A stretch of 64,000 nucleotides of DNA from Callorhinchus milii. Its lineage: Eukaryota. Every line of letters starts with the position of its first letter. The stretch's first letter is position 1. Both the position numbers and the translations under genes were made by a program. The stretch lies in contig NW_024704743.1 of the NCBI RefSeq assembly GCF_018977255.1, forward strand, positions 23,128,001-23,192,000, written 5' to 3'. The notes beneath the pieces are model-generated. The model made no database searches, was not told the origin of the DNA, and saw only the letters and a list, made by a program, of their open reading frames with translations. Positions 35,998 through 48,228 of the stretch are shown here, in pieces.

Positions 35998-37082
35998 AGT
36001 CATATATAGAACCATATACTGCCCAATATAATACAGACTGCAGCAAACTTGATGGCTCCTTCACAAAGCGACAAAGAGAAACAAAAAAAGAGCTCTGTTG
36101 CTTGCTTCGGGCCATGTACTTAATGTTCAATGTTGCAATCACACAAAAAACAACATTGTCTACACTGGGTAAAGATGAATTTGAAACATTGGTTCAGATT
36201 TATGCAGATCTGAAGGAGACTGATTTTTATGCCAACTTGGCGGCAAAGAAAGTAAATATATTAATTTGAGCAGATCAGTGTACTGAAGGCTAATGATTGT
36301 CAAGAATGCTAGAGGTACATAACAGATTGTTTAAAATATTCCTTTTGCCTTTCAGTCTTCACATTGTGCCATGCGTGGCAATGCTTAAAGTGGACAAGGC
36401 TCCAATTCACATATATCACTGTACACCTGTGTTATTTCCAGTTTGAGTCATTGAATTTTAGCCTAATGTATTCTTGGCTGAGATTCTATATAACAGGCTG
36501 CATGAGTGTTCTACACCTTCCATCACATGTTTTATTCAACAACAACAATAATATGTTACATTTATACAGTAAAATTCACATAAGTCATAGCCGTTGGGAC
36601 CATAATATTTAATATGATTTACACAAAGTCTGAGTTGCAAGCAAACTGTATAAATTGTAGAAAATTGATTTAATCCATAATCTACATTGCACATGCATAC
36701 ATGCGCATTTGTAGTTCAGCACTGAAGCTGGTAAGTGTGCATGCAATGGTGGGTTAAGACTACATTTCCAGCAAGTCAATGTATCTTGACCCATTGCCAC
36801 ATGAGCACCTACCGACAACCAATGGGACTGCATTAAATCGCGGCAAATAAAGTTCTTCTGCACCTGCATCGATAGACCAAGACTAAATTTCTCACGATTT
36901 AAAACAGCCGATAAATGTGAGAATAATGGAGAGTAGGGGAGCTGAGTTACAAATTAGGAGATGTTTAATATGAGTAGTGCAAACAAATCTAAGTGGTTTT
37001 GGTAGGAAACTGAATGGAACTCTGGTGAATGTAGGATTTAAGTGATTATATGATTTAAAAAGATGAGACTTTTTTGAGTTTT

Positions 37083-37560
37083 ACTGTATAGAATCTTTCA
37101 CATTGGGTAGACATCTCAAGACACTTCCAACAACTGACAAAAGCCCAAGTCTGCACATTGTGCCATGGGGGAGGCAAAGCTCAGGAAGGGAAAGCTCACC
37201 CATTGGTGGTAGGGCAGATAGAGCAGGGAGCCTAAAGCATGAAGCGGTGTTTTCTGTGTGAAGGAACAGCCAGTAGTGTCAGTAGGGCACTGTGTGGCAG
37301 TAGGATCACAGAGGTAGGATGGGGCGTGGACATGGAGGCATTTGTAAATGAGGATTAGAATCTTGATTTCAATCTGCTGGGGCTTGGGGAGCCAGTGGAA
37401 CCAATCGAGAATTGGGTCAATGGGATCACAGAGCCAGGTGTTGGAGAGGACATGGACTGCAGAGTCTCAGATGTTTTGCAGGTTGTGTAAGAAGGAACTT
37501 GGAATCTGACTGGATCTGATATTGCCAGGAAAAGTGGCAGAGGCCAGGACACTGGACTCA
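37083..37560 (-). mobile_element. Old L2 3' fragment
   Basis: Reverse complement of the L2 HW.P...KI(L) region (GAGCCAGTGGAACC, GAATCTTGATTTC). Confidence 0.65.
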
Positions 37561-37639
37561 TTTAAAGAGCGCTTGATGCTGTGTGAAAGATCGTAGGGTG
37601 AGTGTTCTGGAAGGAAACAATCAGATGGATCAAAAGGCC

Positions 37640-37895
37640 TTTTTGATCCAGACCAATCTTGTGATCTTCCGATGTCCCCCACCCCTCTGTCTCCAGGTGA
37701 GCTTTCTTCAGCCACTTTGCCCTCCCTCCTCCCCCTTCCCCCTTCCCTTCCTCCAAAAAATCCATATCTTTGACTGTTCCTTCAGCCATTAAGTCCTTAC
37801 CTCTCTCGCTTCCTCGCAGCTCAGGCTCCTTCTCCATTTCTGTGAAACATTTGAGAAGTTCTAGGATGTGACTGGCATTATATAAGTGCTAATTG
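37640..37895 (+). mobile_element. Old L2 3' fragment
   Basis: TTCAGCCACTTTGCCC...TCTTTGACTGTTCCTTCAGCCA...TATAAGTGC. Confidence 0.6.
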
Positions 37896-38351
37896 CTGCT
37901 CAAATTTTAACCCCTGCCTCTAACGCTCCAATGTATGGAATAATTGGTCAAATAAACAGGAATCAAAATGTAATGGAACAACCTACAATTGAGATTTTAA
38001 TTTTAAAATATTAAGCGGCACTTTCCTCTTTCTCAGCTGTCACTAACATCAGTACCTGTCACAGTGTAGTTTGTGTGAACCCCCACAGATATCTGGACCA
38101 ACAGAGCAAACAATCCAATTATAACACAGCATCGCTGTACTGTGGTGATTATTTTCAACAGAAACATCACTATTTTCTCACCTGCAAATGACAATGATTA
38201 TTCCGAGCTACTTACTATTCTGTTAGAGGAATATCTTGTCTGTGAGGAATATTCAGGAGGCATGTAAACGTGGCCTTCATTTAGTCTGGGTGTATGAGTT
38301 GTCACCCCCTGCACTGGATTACACTATCTAATTCATCTGCAACATTCATTA

Positions 38352-38705
38352 GGTTTGGTCAGCCGCAAGCCTGACACATACAGAAACCCATGCTTAAGAA
38401 TTTCCAAACCAGACTGAGAGGTCAATATTTATATGTTACCCACACATGAAACTTTCCCTGTGGCTGGAATGGAATGCACACTGTCTTCCTGTAGGGATGC
38501 ATCCTGCTTAACAAAATCCAGAAAATATTAGACTCAGGTTGCTGTGAGCTAAGGCGTGGGGCCCCCAAAGTGTGCAATGGGGTACTGCTGGTCTTTATCC
38601 AGCTAAAACTGCATAGCTTGCCAATGAAAACACTGTCTGGCAAGCTTCCCAGTGGTTGACAGGACCACTCTACCTGTTCGGGCTTGTGCTTTCAAGGGTA
38701 GCAGC
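38352..38705 (-). repeat. Unassigned repeat family X
   Basis: GGGATGCATCCTGCTTA, GGGGTACTGCTGG and CATAGCTTGCCA shared with 32851-33376. Confidence 0.8.
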
Positions 38706-38719
38706 GCTGAATGGGAAGA

Positions 38720-39035
38720 ATCCTTTGAGACGTGCCTTGAAGGAGTCAAGAGAGGAAGCGAGGTGAAGGGACTGTGGGATGGAGTTCCAAAGGGTGGGGG
38801 CAGAGAAGCTGAAGGTCCGACTGCCGATGGTGAGGCAGGCCAGGCGGGGAACGTGGAGCAGGCCACAGCCTGCTGGGCAGAGGAGAGGACGGGTTGATAT
38901 GGTAAGGTTAGCAGGTCACAGAGGCGGGAATGTGCAAGGCCGTGGAGGGCCTTGAAGGCAAGGACAAAGATGTTGAATTCTATCATCTGGGGGATGGGGA
39001 GCCAGTGGAGCTGGGCGAGGGTGGACGTGATGGTG
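38720..39035 (-). mobile_element. L2 3' fragment
   Basis: IEFNIFVLAFKALHGLA in the minus-strand ORF. Confidence 0.85.
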
Positions 39036-39832
39036 CCTTAGGCCCACATATTCACCTGGTCTTAGCCCGTAAGACCATTTTGCTTAAAGATGGTTTAATA
39101 TCACACAGAATTGTAGAATATTTAAAAATTATTTTCTTTTTAAAGCTGGATATTCTTTAAGAAATGCTGAAAATGGATTTCCGAATCAAGAATGAATTTA
39201 AGAATGCCACAGTGCTGCTCACCGTACATTTTAAAACAAAATGGTCATACAGGCCAAGTCTAAATGGAAATATGAGGCCTCCTATCTCCCCATTGCAAGA
39301 ATGATCCCTAACAGCACTTGACTGGGTTCTGACAGCCTAATAATATCACAAACCTGAATCTAAATTCTAATATTCAATACATTTGTGCTTGTATAATCAT
39401 CTGACAGCAGTACATAATGCCACTGAGCAACTTTGTTTTGCTTCTCATAAAGGCCTTAAGTGAAGCAATCTCCCTTCCTTTTTGCCATCTATATTGTAGC
39501 CACAGCTATTCTGCATCACCTGCCTCAGCTCTCAGCCCTGAAGTGGTTACTATTCTCCTCATGCCAAAGCATCAAGTAAAACTCATTACAGTCCAGCAAG
39601 CCACTGAATTATTCAACCTTGCGTATTTAACATCCTTATTAGCATTTTTGCTAAATTACAAAAAAAGGACTTGTGACTTGAGGGTTAATTGCCAACCTGT
39701 TGAGGTATTAGATCTTGACTAGCCTGACCCATTGTTTGCTTCTAACCCGTTGTTTATGAATTGACATGGAGGTGTATAAATTAAATTTGCTTTAGTTTTG
39801 ATAGTGTTTATGGAAGGGGAGAGTCCATAACT

Positions 39833-40070
39833 AATAATATAATAATAATAGTAATCCTTGCATTTGATATGGCACCTTTCACATCAGGAGGACATCGTAC
39901 ATCTCAAAGCACTTTGCATGACTTGTAAAATGTAATGAATGTGTATTTTGTAGGCGAACACGGCAGCCAATTTGTGCACCGCAATGCCTTGCAAACAGCC
40001 ACAAAGTGAATGACCAATTTCATTACAAGAATTGTTGGCCGGGACACTGGGACTAACTTAACTCCCTTCA
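39833..40070 (-). mobile_element. DeuSINE-type SINE 3' half
   Basis: AATCCTTGCATTTGATAT...GGCAGCCAATTTGTGCAC...TTGTTGGCCGGGACACTGGGA. Confidence 0.78.
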
Positions 40071-40577
40071 CTACTTGAGATGCTTTGAAGAACTGGCCTC
40101 TGTAAATCTTGACGTTCCATCAGTGGCAGCCAGTAAAACGACTCGTTAAAGGACAATAATTATTCCTTTTCTCAGCAATTATTTACAAATCAGTCATGAA
40201 GCAATGCTTTAAATTGATTGATCTATTAGTCAGCATGGAAACATTAATAACTGACCTGCTTCTAATTCAGAGCAGAGAGCACAATGAGTAGTAGCCAGAA
40301 CTTGATAAAGCTTTAAATGACTTCCAGACTTATTAATATTAAAACCAGGTCAGTCAGTGGAGCCTTGTAACTTTAGAGGTAGAACATTTACTTTAATCAT
40401 GTTGGACCAGTTTTAAAATTCTTTTTAAAACTATTTTCATGTCCTCAATCCTATAAGCCAATACCCCAAAGGGTAGTTGGACAAGTTCCTTTGTACATTT
40501 ATGGCAATGAAATCAGAAACTCCATCCGAGAATTTTTCACAACTCTTCTTGATCTGTATTTTAAGGCAATGATCCCA

Positions 40578-41793
40578 CAACAACAACAAAATTACATTTG
40601 TATAGGGCCTTTCACGTCAGGAGGATGTCTCAAGGTGCTGCACAGTCAGAGTTTCGGACCCGTGCTGGGGGTTGAGATTGGAGAGAGTGGAGGACAGGGG
40701 TGGAAACAGGTGATTGAAAGCACGGTCAAAGATTGAGATAGGTCTTGAAGGAGGCAAGGGAGGGGGTGAGGTGGAAGGATTGTGCGATGGAGTGCCAGAG
40801 GATGGGGGGGAGATCAGCAGAAGGTCCGCCAGCTAATGGTGGGGTGGGCGAGGCGGGGGACGTGAAGCAGGCCTGAGCCCTGCTGAGCAGAAGGAGCAGA
40901 CAGGATGGTAGGGGGTTAGGAGGTCGCAGAGGTAGGGGGGAGCAAGACCATGAAGAGCTTTGAAGGTGAAGAGCAGGATCTTGAACTGTATCCTCTGTGT
41001 GATGGGAAGCCAGTAGAGTCGGGCAAGGATGGGGGTGATAGGGTCACAGAGCCTGGTGAGGGAGAGGACACGGGCTGCAGAGTTCTGGATTATCCGCAAC
41101 CTATTGAGGGAGGAGTTGGGGAGGCCGACAAGCAAGGAGTTTGCATAGTCAAGGGTCGAGGTAATGAAGGCGTGTATGAGGGTTTCGCAGCCTGTCATGT
41201 GAGACAGTGGTGGAGCCCAGCAATGTTGCGTAGGTGGGGGAAGGCAGAGCGGGTCATGGCACGGATGTGGGGTAAAAAATATAGTTGAGGGTCAAACAAG
41301 ATGCCAAAGTTCCAGACTGGCTTAGTAAAGTGGAGTGTGCAACCATGGATGGTGATGCTGTCGGCGCCTGTGGTGTGGAGGTGCTGACAAGAGCCAATCA
41401 GGAGACCTCGGTCTTGTTAACATTCAACTGTTCAAAGTTTGCTCTCATCCAGGATTTGATGTCTGACAGACATTCTGTCAGGACAGCAGTGGTCATGGAG
41501 TCAAATGGGGAGGCAGAGAGATAGAGTTGGGTGTCATCTGCGTACATATGGAAGTTGATCCCATGTCTGCGGATGATGTGACCAAGAGGGAGCATATAGG
41601 TATTGAAGAGAATGGGACCCCACACAAGACGGTGAAGGGGATAGAGGAGAAATCGTTTGTGGAGGTGGTATGAGAGATGATCTGAACCAGTCAAGGACAG
41701 AGCTGTGAAGGTTGAGGTGAGAGGAGAATCGGTGGATGAGAATAGAGTGGTCAACGGTTCAAAGGCAGCTGAGAGGTCAAGGAGGAGAATCAT
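40578..41793 (-). mobile_element. L2 LINE RT and 3' end (type A)
   Basis: LLDLSAAF, MYADDTQLY, LIHAFITSTLDYANSLL, LYWLPITQRIQFKILL. Confidence 0.93.
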
Positions 41794-42073
41794 GTAAAGC
41801 AGATTCATCTGAACATGGATTCATAGCAGATTCATTCTCAGGTTATTATTATTATTTAATCTTTGCTCGGCGTTCAAGGCTTCGTAAAGAAATGCTGCGC
41901 TGTTCCATGTCAAATGTTTTTCACAGTATAGCGGCATGAAATGTGAGCAGCGTGGAAGCCCGCTGTGCAGAAAAGCTAACAAATAAAGCGAAATAAAGCG
42001 GCAGGAGGTAGAAAGCAGATACATCTGAGTCAGCATCTGTTTTTGAAGATGGAAATGTTGTTCACATTATGCA

Positions 42074-42532
42074 TTTTTTTTGAGTCAGCCGAGTGTCTGA
42101 CACATAAGGAAATCCATCACCGTGCTTAAGGGGATCCAAACCAAACTGAGAATTCCACGCTTCCCACTCACACATGGAAATCCCAGAGAGAGATTGTTGG
42201 AATGGAATTCGCACTCTCTCCCTGGAGGGTTGCATCCCGCTCACCTAATTCGGGAACGTATAAGCGCAGGTTATTAGGTTGGCAAAGGTATGCTTTGGGG
42301 CACTGATAGAATTTAACCATCTGAAACTGCATTGCTTGCCATTGAGAGCACTGTCGAGCAAGCTTTCCCGCTGCTTGTCCAGATAGGACCACCCTAACTG
42401 TTAGGGGTTTGGCTTGAAGGGTTAACAGGAGCTGAGTGGGAAGATATCCTGCCCCCAGTGCCCTTCCAAGTCCTGTCGATGAGCCAGCCAACAGTGCCCT
42501 GGAATACTGCGGACCCACCTGGCTCAGGAACC
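42074..42532 (-). repeat. Unassigned repeat family X
   Basis: T8-GAGTCAGCCGAGTGTCTGAC at one end and TGCGGACCCACCTGGCTCAGGAAC at the other; colinear with 32851-33315. Confidence 0.85.
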
Positions 42533-42540
42533 CGTCTATA

Positions 42541-42735
42541 ACAACAACAACAAAATTACATTTGTATAGCGTCTTTCACGTCAGGAGGACATCCCAAGGC
42601 GCTGGACAGTCAGAATTTCAGACCTGAGCTGGGAGTCGGGATCGGAGAGGATAGGGGGGGAAGCAGGGTGATCGAAAGCACGGTCGAAGAGGAGGATCTT
42701 GAGATGGGTCTTGAAAGAGGTAAGGGAGGAGGGGC
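42541..42735 (-). mobile_element. L2 3' tail (type A)
   Basis: (AAC)nAAAATTACATTTGTATAGCG...CAGGAGGACATCCCAAGGCGCTGGACAG. Confidence 0.85.
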
Positions 42736-42959
42736 AATGTGCGTCAGCTCAGAGACACATCTGTTTTAGGTATTTATTTACGTCTTTGCACACTAATCAA
42801 GGTGGATACAGCAGTGGAAATGTGAGTGTTTTCACTAATCCAGACTCTAGGTATCGCCTTCCAGTAGTGGCATCCAAATCTCATCAACATTTCGGCAGAC
42901 ATCTGCCTTCAGGTTGGTGGGAGAACCTTTACATGATAGCTTGTGACATACCAGCCACC

Positions 42960-43145
42960 TTAATGTTCTAAAATATTCTTGCATAATACCCAGAGTTGAA
43001 TCTGCCAACAATACATTGTTTGCAAATGGAAGCACTGTAATTCCACCATCAACTCTCTCATGGATATTGGAGCTGGAATACACATCCTGGATGATATCCA
43101 AGATTTGGCAATATACTTTGTTAGCTTCCAACTTCCTCATAATGT
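42960..43145 (-). mobile_element. RTE/RTEX-like non-LTR reverse transcriptase remnant
   Basis: IMRKLEANKVYCQILDIIQDVYSSSNIHERVDGGIT joined to VLPFANNVLLADS (decayed L(F/Y)ADD motif). Confidence 0.5.
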
Positions 43146-43246
43146 AGCCAGTTTCTTCCTGACCAAACATGCTGTGCATCCATCATACATGTTGTGAGAT
43201 ACATGTGGTTGTGAAGAAGTTAGCCTCAGCACGGTAGAATCATTGC

Positions 43247-43465
43247 AACAACAACAACAAAATTACATTTATAGAGCGCTTTTCACATCAGGAGGACGTC
43301 CCAAAACACTGAACAGTCAGGTGTTGGGGCCCGAGCATGGGGGTGAGGGAAGGTAGAGAGGTGGGAGGGTGACCAAAGGCACGATCGAAGAGAAGGCTCT
43401 TGAGACCGGCCTTGAAAGAGGCAAAGGAGGAAGCGAAGCGACCGTGGGATGGAGTTCCAGAATGG
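43247..43465 (-). mobile_element. L2 3' tail (type A)
   Basis: (AAC)n tail and GGAGTTCCAGA (reverse complement of LWNS). Confidence 0.85.
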
Positions 43466-43884
43466 CATACATTTCCGAAGATAATTAATGTGGAGTTCTA
43501 CAATGTCAGCTCATTGAAAGATATTCATCAGTAGTTTAGCCTAAGGCCTAGAATAAAGCACCAATAATTTACCTCCAGCCCAGGAGCTCAGTTTTATTGT
43601 CCCTGTGGACTATCTAACTGAGTCTGGACTAGAAAAGGCACAAGGAGTTATATTTTGTTGCAAAGTTGGTAGGTGGATGCTGATAACATTCAGGTGTTTG
43701 CTGTGGGCAGAAAGTACTCAATTAGAAACCAGACAGGAAAGGTTGAGCATCTGCGATTGGTATTTTATGGAGATAAGAAAGTCTGTGAAAACATACTGCT
43801 CCTGCAGGATGAAAACTTTAAATCTGGCGAATTAGGTGTGAAGGACACAGCTGGGATTTGAGCTATTCTTACAGATTTGAAAAA

Positions 43885-44600
43885 AAATAATCCTTTCATC
43901 AGATATAGCATCTTATCACACCAAAATGTCTTGAAGCCCTGCACAGAGTTATTTTGTGGAGTGGAGTAACTGCATATTTGTAGGCAAACCTGGCAGCCAA
44001 TTTGTGCTCCATAAACAACCACGAAGTGAATGATCAATCTTTAACCTGAGGGTTGATGGCCAGAACACCAGAAAAAAACTTCCTTATCATTTCAAATTAC
44101 TTCTTTGACCATGCCTATGGCCACCTCCCTCTTTCCACTTGCTCAGGTCCAAAACTGACCATCATTTGTGAAGCATCTGAGACATTATTCCACATGATGG
44201 TGCTATGTAAATGCAGGTTGTTGTTATTCAACATAACCTGAACAGGCAGATAGGAACTTAGTTTAATATTTTATCTGAAGATGGCACCTCCACCAATAAT
44301 AATCATTGATATAGTACATTATCACATCATTGAGATTCTCAAAGAGCTTCACAAAATGCTACTGTGATGTGTAATATTTTTGTAGGCAAATGAGGCAGCC
44401 AATTTGAACACAACAATGTCCAAAAACAGAAAAGTGAGTGACCAATTTCATTTAGGGGATTGTTGGCCAGGACACCAAGATAAATTACCTTCTATTTTCA
44501 ATTAGTGCCTTCAGATTTTTAATAATCACCTGAATAGGCAGATGGGCTTGATTTAATATCTTATCTGAAGGACAGCATTTCCAACAATAAAGTACAATCC
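43885..44600 (-). mobile_element. Two tandem old DeuSINE-type copies (43885-44292 with an L2 tail inserted at 44095-44228; 44295-44600)
   Basis: Both carry GTAGGCAAA..GGCAGCCAATTTG, GGCCAG(A/G)ACACC and TTTAATAT(T/C)TTATCTGAAG. Confidence 0.72.
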
Positions 44601-44629
44601 CTGAGCTTCTTGTCTAAGGAGACATACCA

Positions 44630-45024
44630 GTGCTGCACTGAGGGAAGACTGCACCATTTGAAGTATTCTTTTTCTGAAACATTAAAGTGAGGTCCTGTCC
44701 ATGGTTTGAGTAAAGATCTCATGATATCACTCGAGAAGTGAATTTATCCTGATTAATTGTTCATTACACTTGGCTATTCATAGGGATTTGTTCACACAAA
44801 GGCTGACACATTTTCCCCCAAAAAAACAATTGCCCAAATAAAGTTGGTAATTCAATTTATGTTTATGGGACAATGCTCTGTGCAAATTGGCTGACACATT
44901 TGCTTACAAAAATACACAGTCATTTGATATAGGGCCTTTCACATTGAGATGATGTCTCAAAGAGTTTTGAGACATCCTCCAATGTGAAGCACTTTGAGAC
45001 GTCCTCCCAATGTGAAAGGCCCTA
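44630..45024 (+). mobile_element. Old DeuSINE-type copy with a rearranged (fold-back) tail
   Basis: TGCACTGAGGGAAGACTGCAC...TTTATGGGACAATGCTCTGTGCAAATTGGCTG; inverted tail copy at 44930-44962. Confidence 0.6.
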
Positions 45025-45479
45025 CTTTAAGACGGAAGATGCAGAGTCATGCTATTGCAGATGATATTGTTTTGATTGGATAGGAAATAAAAGAACATAT
45101 TACTCAGGGGCTCTTTCCTGAATTCTAAGAAAGAAATCCAATAGAAACATCTTGGCAGAATTTGATATTGTTAGTGGGTACAATACCCAAGGAAAATTGA
45201 ACAATATTTATAACTTAATCCTCCAAAGCAACCCTGAAAATCAATATGCAACCAATATAGCTTTGAGCAAAGCACCTTTAATAAGTTTCATTTTCTTCAC
45301 ACAACTCAGCTTGGTGTATAATAATTTTCATTATGGGAAATATTGAAATGCAAAGAGTCCTGGAGACAAACTGATGTTTAAAAATGGAAAACCAAGCTCC
45401 CAAGAACTCTGCAATGAATTTACATGTTTCCATCACTACGAAAGACTTTCCGTCACTGTCATTGTGTGTCATCATAGAT

Positions 45480-46110
45480 CCTGGTCTGATTCCTGAGGCA
45501 GATGTGTCCGCAGTACTCCAGGCCACTGCTGACGGCAGATCAGTCAGAATGGTTAATTGACAGGATCCAGAGGGACAGACCATTCATTGGGGCACAGATT
45601 TTTCCCACTCAACTTCTGTTAACCCTTCAAGCCAAAATACTAACAGGTAGAGTAATCAGCGCTTTGGAATATCCTCCCGGCATGAAAGGCGCTCTATAAA
45701 TGTAATTTTGTTGTTGTTGTTGTAGCTGGTCAAGCAGCAGGAAGTTTGCCAAACAATGCTCATTTCAATGGCAAGCTGTGCTGCTTTGTTTCAGCTGGTA
45801 CAACTCCAGTACCCCCAACGCACACTGTACACTCTTCCCCCGGTTTGGTTTTCACCAAACTGTGCCTGATATTTTTCATAATTTTGTAAGCAGGGTGTGT
45901 CCCTCCATGGAGAGAGTATACATTCCTTTCCAGACATAAGGAGCTTTCCATGTATAGGTGGCATGAATATGTGGAACTCTCAGTCTGGTTTGGTACTCTA
46001 AGCAACAACAAAATTAAATTTGTATCGTGTCTTTTACATCAGGAGGACGTCCCAAGGGGCTGGGATGATGATAGGGTTCCTCATGTGTCAGACACCAGTT
46101 AATTAAAACA
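45480..46110 (+). repeat. Unassigned repeat family X, interrupted by L2 tails at 45657-45722 and 46004-46062
   Basis: TTCCTGAGGCAGATGTGTCCGCAGTACTCCAGG...CTCCAGTACCCCCAACGCACACT...TGTGTCAGACACCAG. Confidence 0.8.
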
Positions 46111-47694
46111 AACAGTAAGTAAGCAGATTGAGGTCCTACTCTGCTCCCGTCACTAACTGTAACAATTTTAGTATCATAGAATCTTACAGGGCAGAAACCA
46201 GTCATTTGGGCCATCAAGTCTAGCTCTTGCTTTTCTCCACGTGAACCACAAAGTCCAACCTCCTAATTTTTTGTTGAGTTACTCAGTTTGTTTTACAAAA
46301 TGTAGCTAATTTATCACAGTGTGTGTATGAATAACTAATTACATTTTAAATTATAAATGACATTATGCTGTAAATATAACATTTATAAAGATAATATTTA
46401 ATCATAGTTATTTCAATGTGCACAGGACAAATTGTTTAAAATTAGTAAGTGAAGCAGAGTAACCTAGTACATCAACAAATGTATTACATTTAGCAATGGC
46501 AACCGTATGCACTCAATGCTGTCTCATTTTTAAATGTTAATTAATTATATTATATCATGATGCCTGAAATTCCATCTACTTTAAGTCTTCAAGACCACTT
46601 TACCTTAAAATATAAGTTTGTGCAGAATTATGGAAAGTCTTAGATTCAGTCTTCATTCCTCTTTAAGAGCACTGGAAAACAATACAATACAATGTACATT
46701 TATATAGTGCCTTTCACGTCAGGACAACATCTCAAAGCACTTTTGGAAAGTTTCCAAATTAAGAGCAAGTATAAGAATTTTCTGCAATTTTGCATAATCC
46801 TACATTTTAAGAGATTTTAAGGCATTATATTTTAGAGGGGTATGGAGAGGGCAGTGAAGGGGGAATTAGAATGGATTGCAGAAGAAGTCCTGAGGTGAAC
46901 TAGTTGAGGTGAGTGGCCTGTTCAAAACGGCCTTAAAGGCCATTCAGTGGAATTTGAAGCCTGTGTTATATATTAATCCGTATAGTGCAGTCTGTATGGC
47001 GGCCGCAGTATCTGTGGGACATATGCGCTGTACATTCGTTCTTCCGTAAGTTTTCTTATGAACTATAATTTCGAGGTTTTCAGGTCAAACACTCCATCTC
47101 CAGAGGTGCACTCAATCTCTATCAGAAGCCAATCTGAGACAGGCTTCAGCCAATGAAACCAAATGAGTTGATTATCAGACAAAGCAATTAATTACCAGAA
47201 ACTGGAAACAAAATATACACACGCACAAATATTCTGAGCCAAGGCAATCTGGAAATGAATCTCACAAAATTGTCCAAATATCCTAAAGAGTCATGCAGTT
47301 CAATAGGAAGTCAGATGAAAAAGTGTCTCTTTGTTAGAAGCTCAGAAGTGCTGTCTCTTCAAATGGAAGCTGACATCAACTGCAGATGGGGGAAATCCTT
47401 TCTTGTATCTATAAATACCCTTTTGATCTGAACCCTAGTAATATAGAATTTTAAGCATGTATCACGATCAGGCATCATCCTGTGTTCCAAATTAACAACG
47501 AAACTTTGAATGTAAAATGTCTTGACTTCCCCAATATGTGAAAAAACAAATCATCTTTTGTCCGGGGATAGCACTTCTGATGTGTATTAAAACCCTCATT
47601 TTTACCACTTTTTTAATATACAGTGTATAACCTGACTTTCAGAGCAGAAGGTATCATATCGTTGAGTCAGGCTCAGTGCCTCCAGACACTAGAG

Positions 47695-48228
47695 ATTTTC
47701 ATTGGCCAGGCAGTATCCAGCACATGCAGAAACCCGTCGCCATGATTAAGACTATTCAAACCAGATTGACAGATTCACATATGCTATTTAAACATGGAAA
47801 TTTCCCTGTGGCTGGACTGAAATGGAATGCGCTCTCTCTCCTGAGAGGGATGCTCCCTGCTTATCTGATTCTGTAAAGTATTAGGTGCAAGTTGGTGAGA
47901 GCCAAGGCTTATGGATCCCAGAGTGCGCAATGGGATAGTGCTGGAATTTATTCAACTAGAAACTTGCTACTGAAATCACTGTCTGGCAAGCTTCCCACGA
48001 CTCGTCTAGCGAGGACCATCTGTTAGGACTTTGGCTTACAAGGTTAACAGGAGTCGAGTGTGAATTATCCCAGCCCCCAGTCTGTCCCTCCAAGCCCTGC
48101 CAATCCAGCCAAGCTGGCTGGTCTGCAATCAGCATTGCCCTGGAGTACTGTTGACCATTCTGGCGTAGAAACTGAGGCCATCACAGAGGATTGACTCAAT
48201 TCTGACATTCTATTACTAAGTATGTTTC
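47695..48228 (-). repeat. Unassigned repeat family X
   Basis: AGAGCCAAGGCTTATGGATCCCAGAGTG and CTGTCTGGCAAGCTTCCCA shared with the other copies. Confidence 0.82.
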
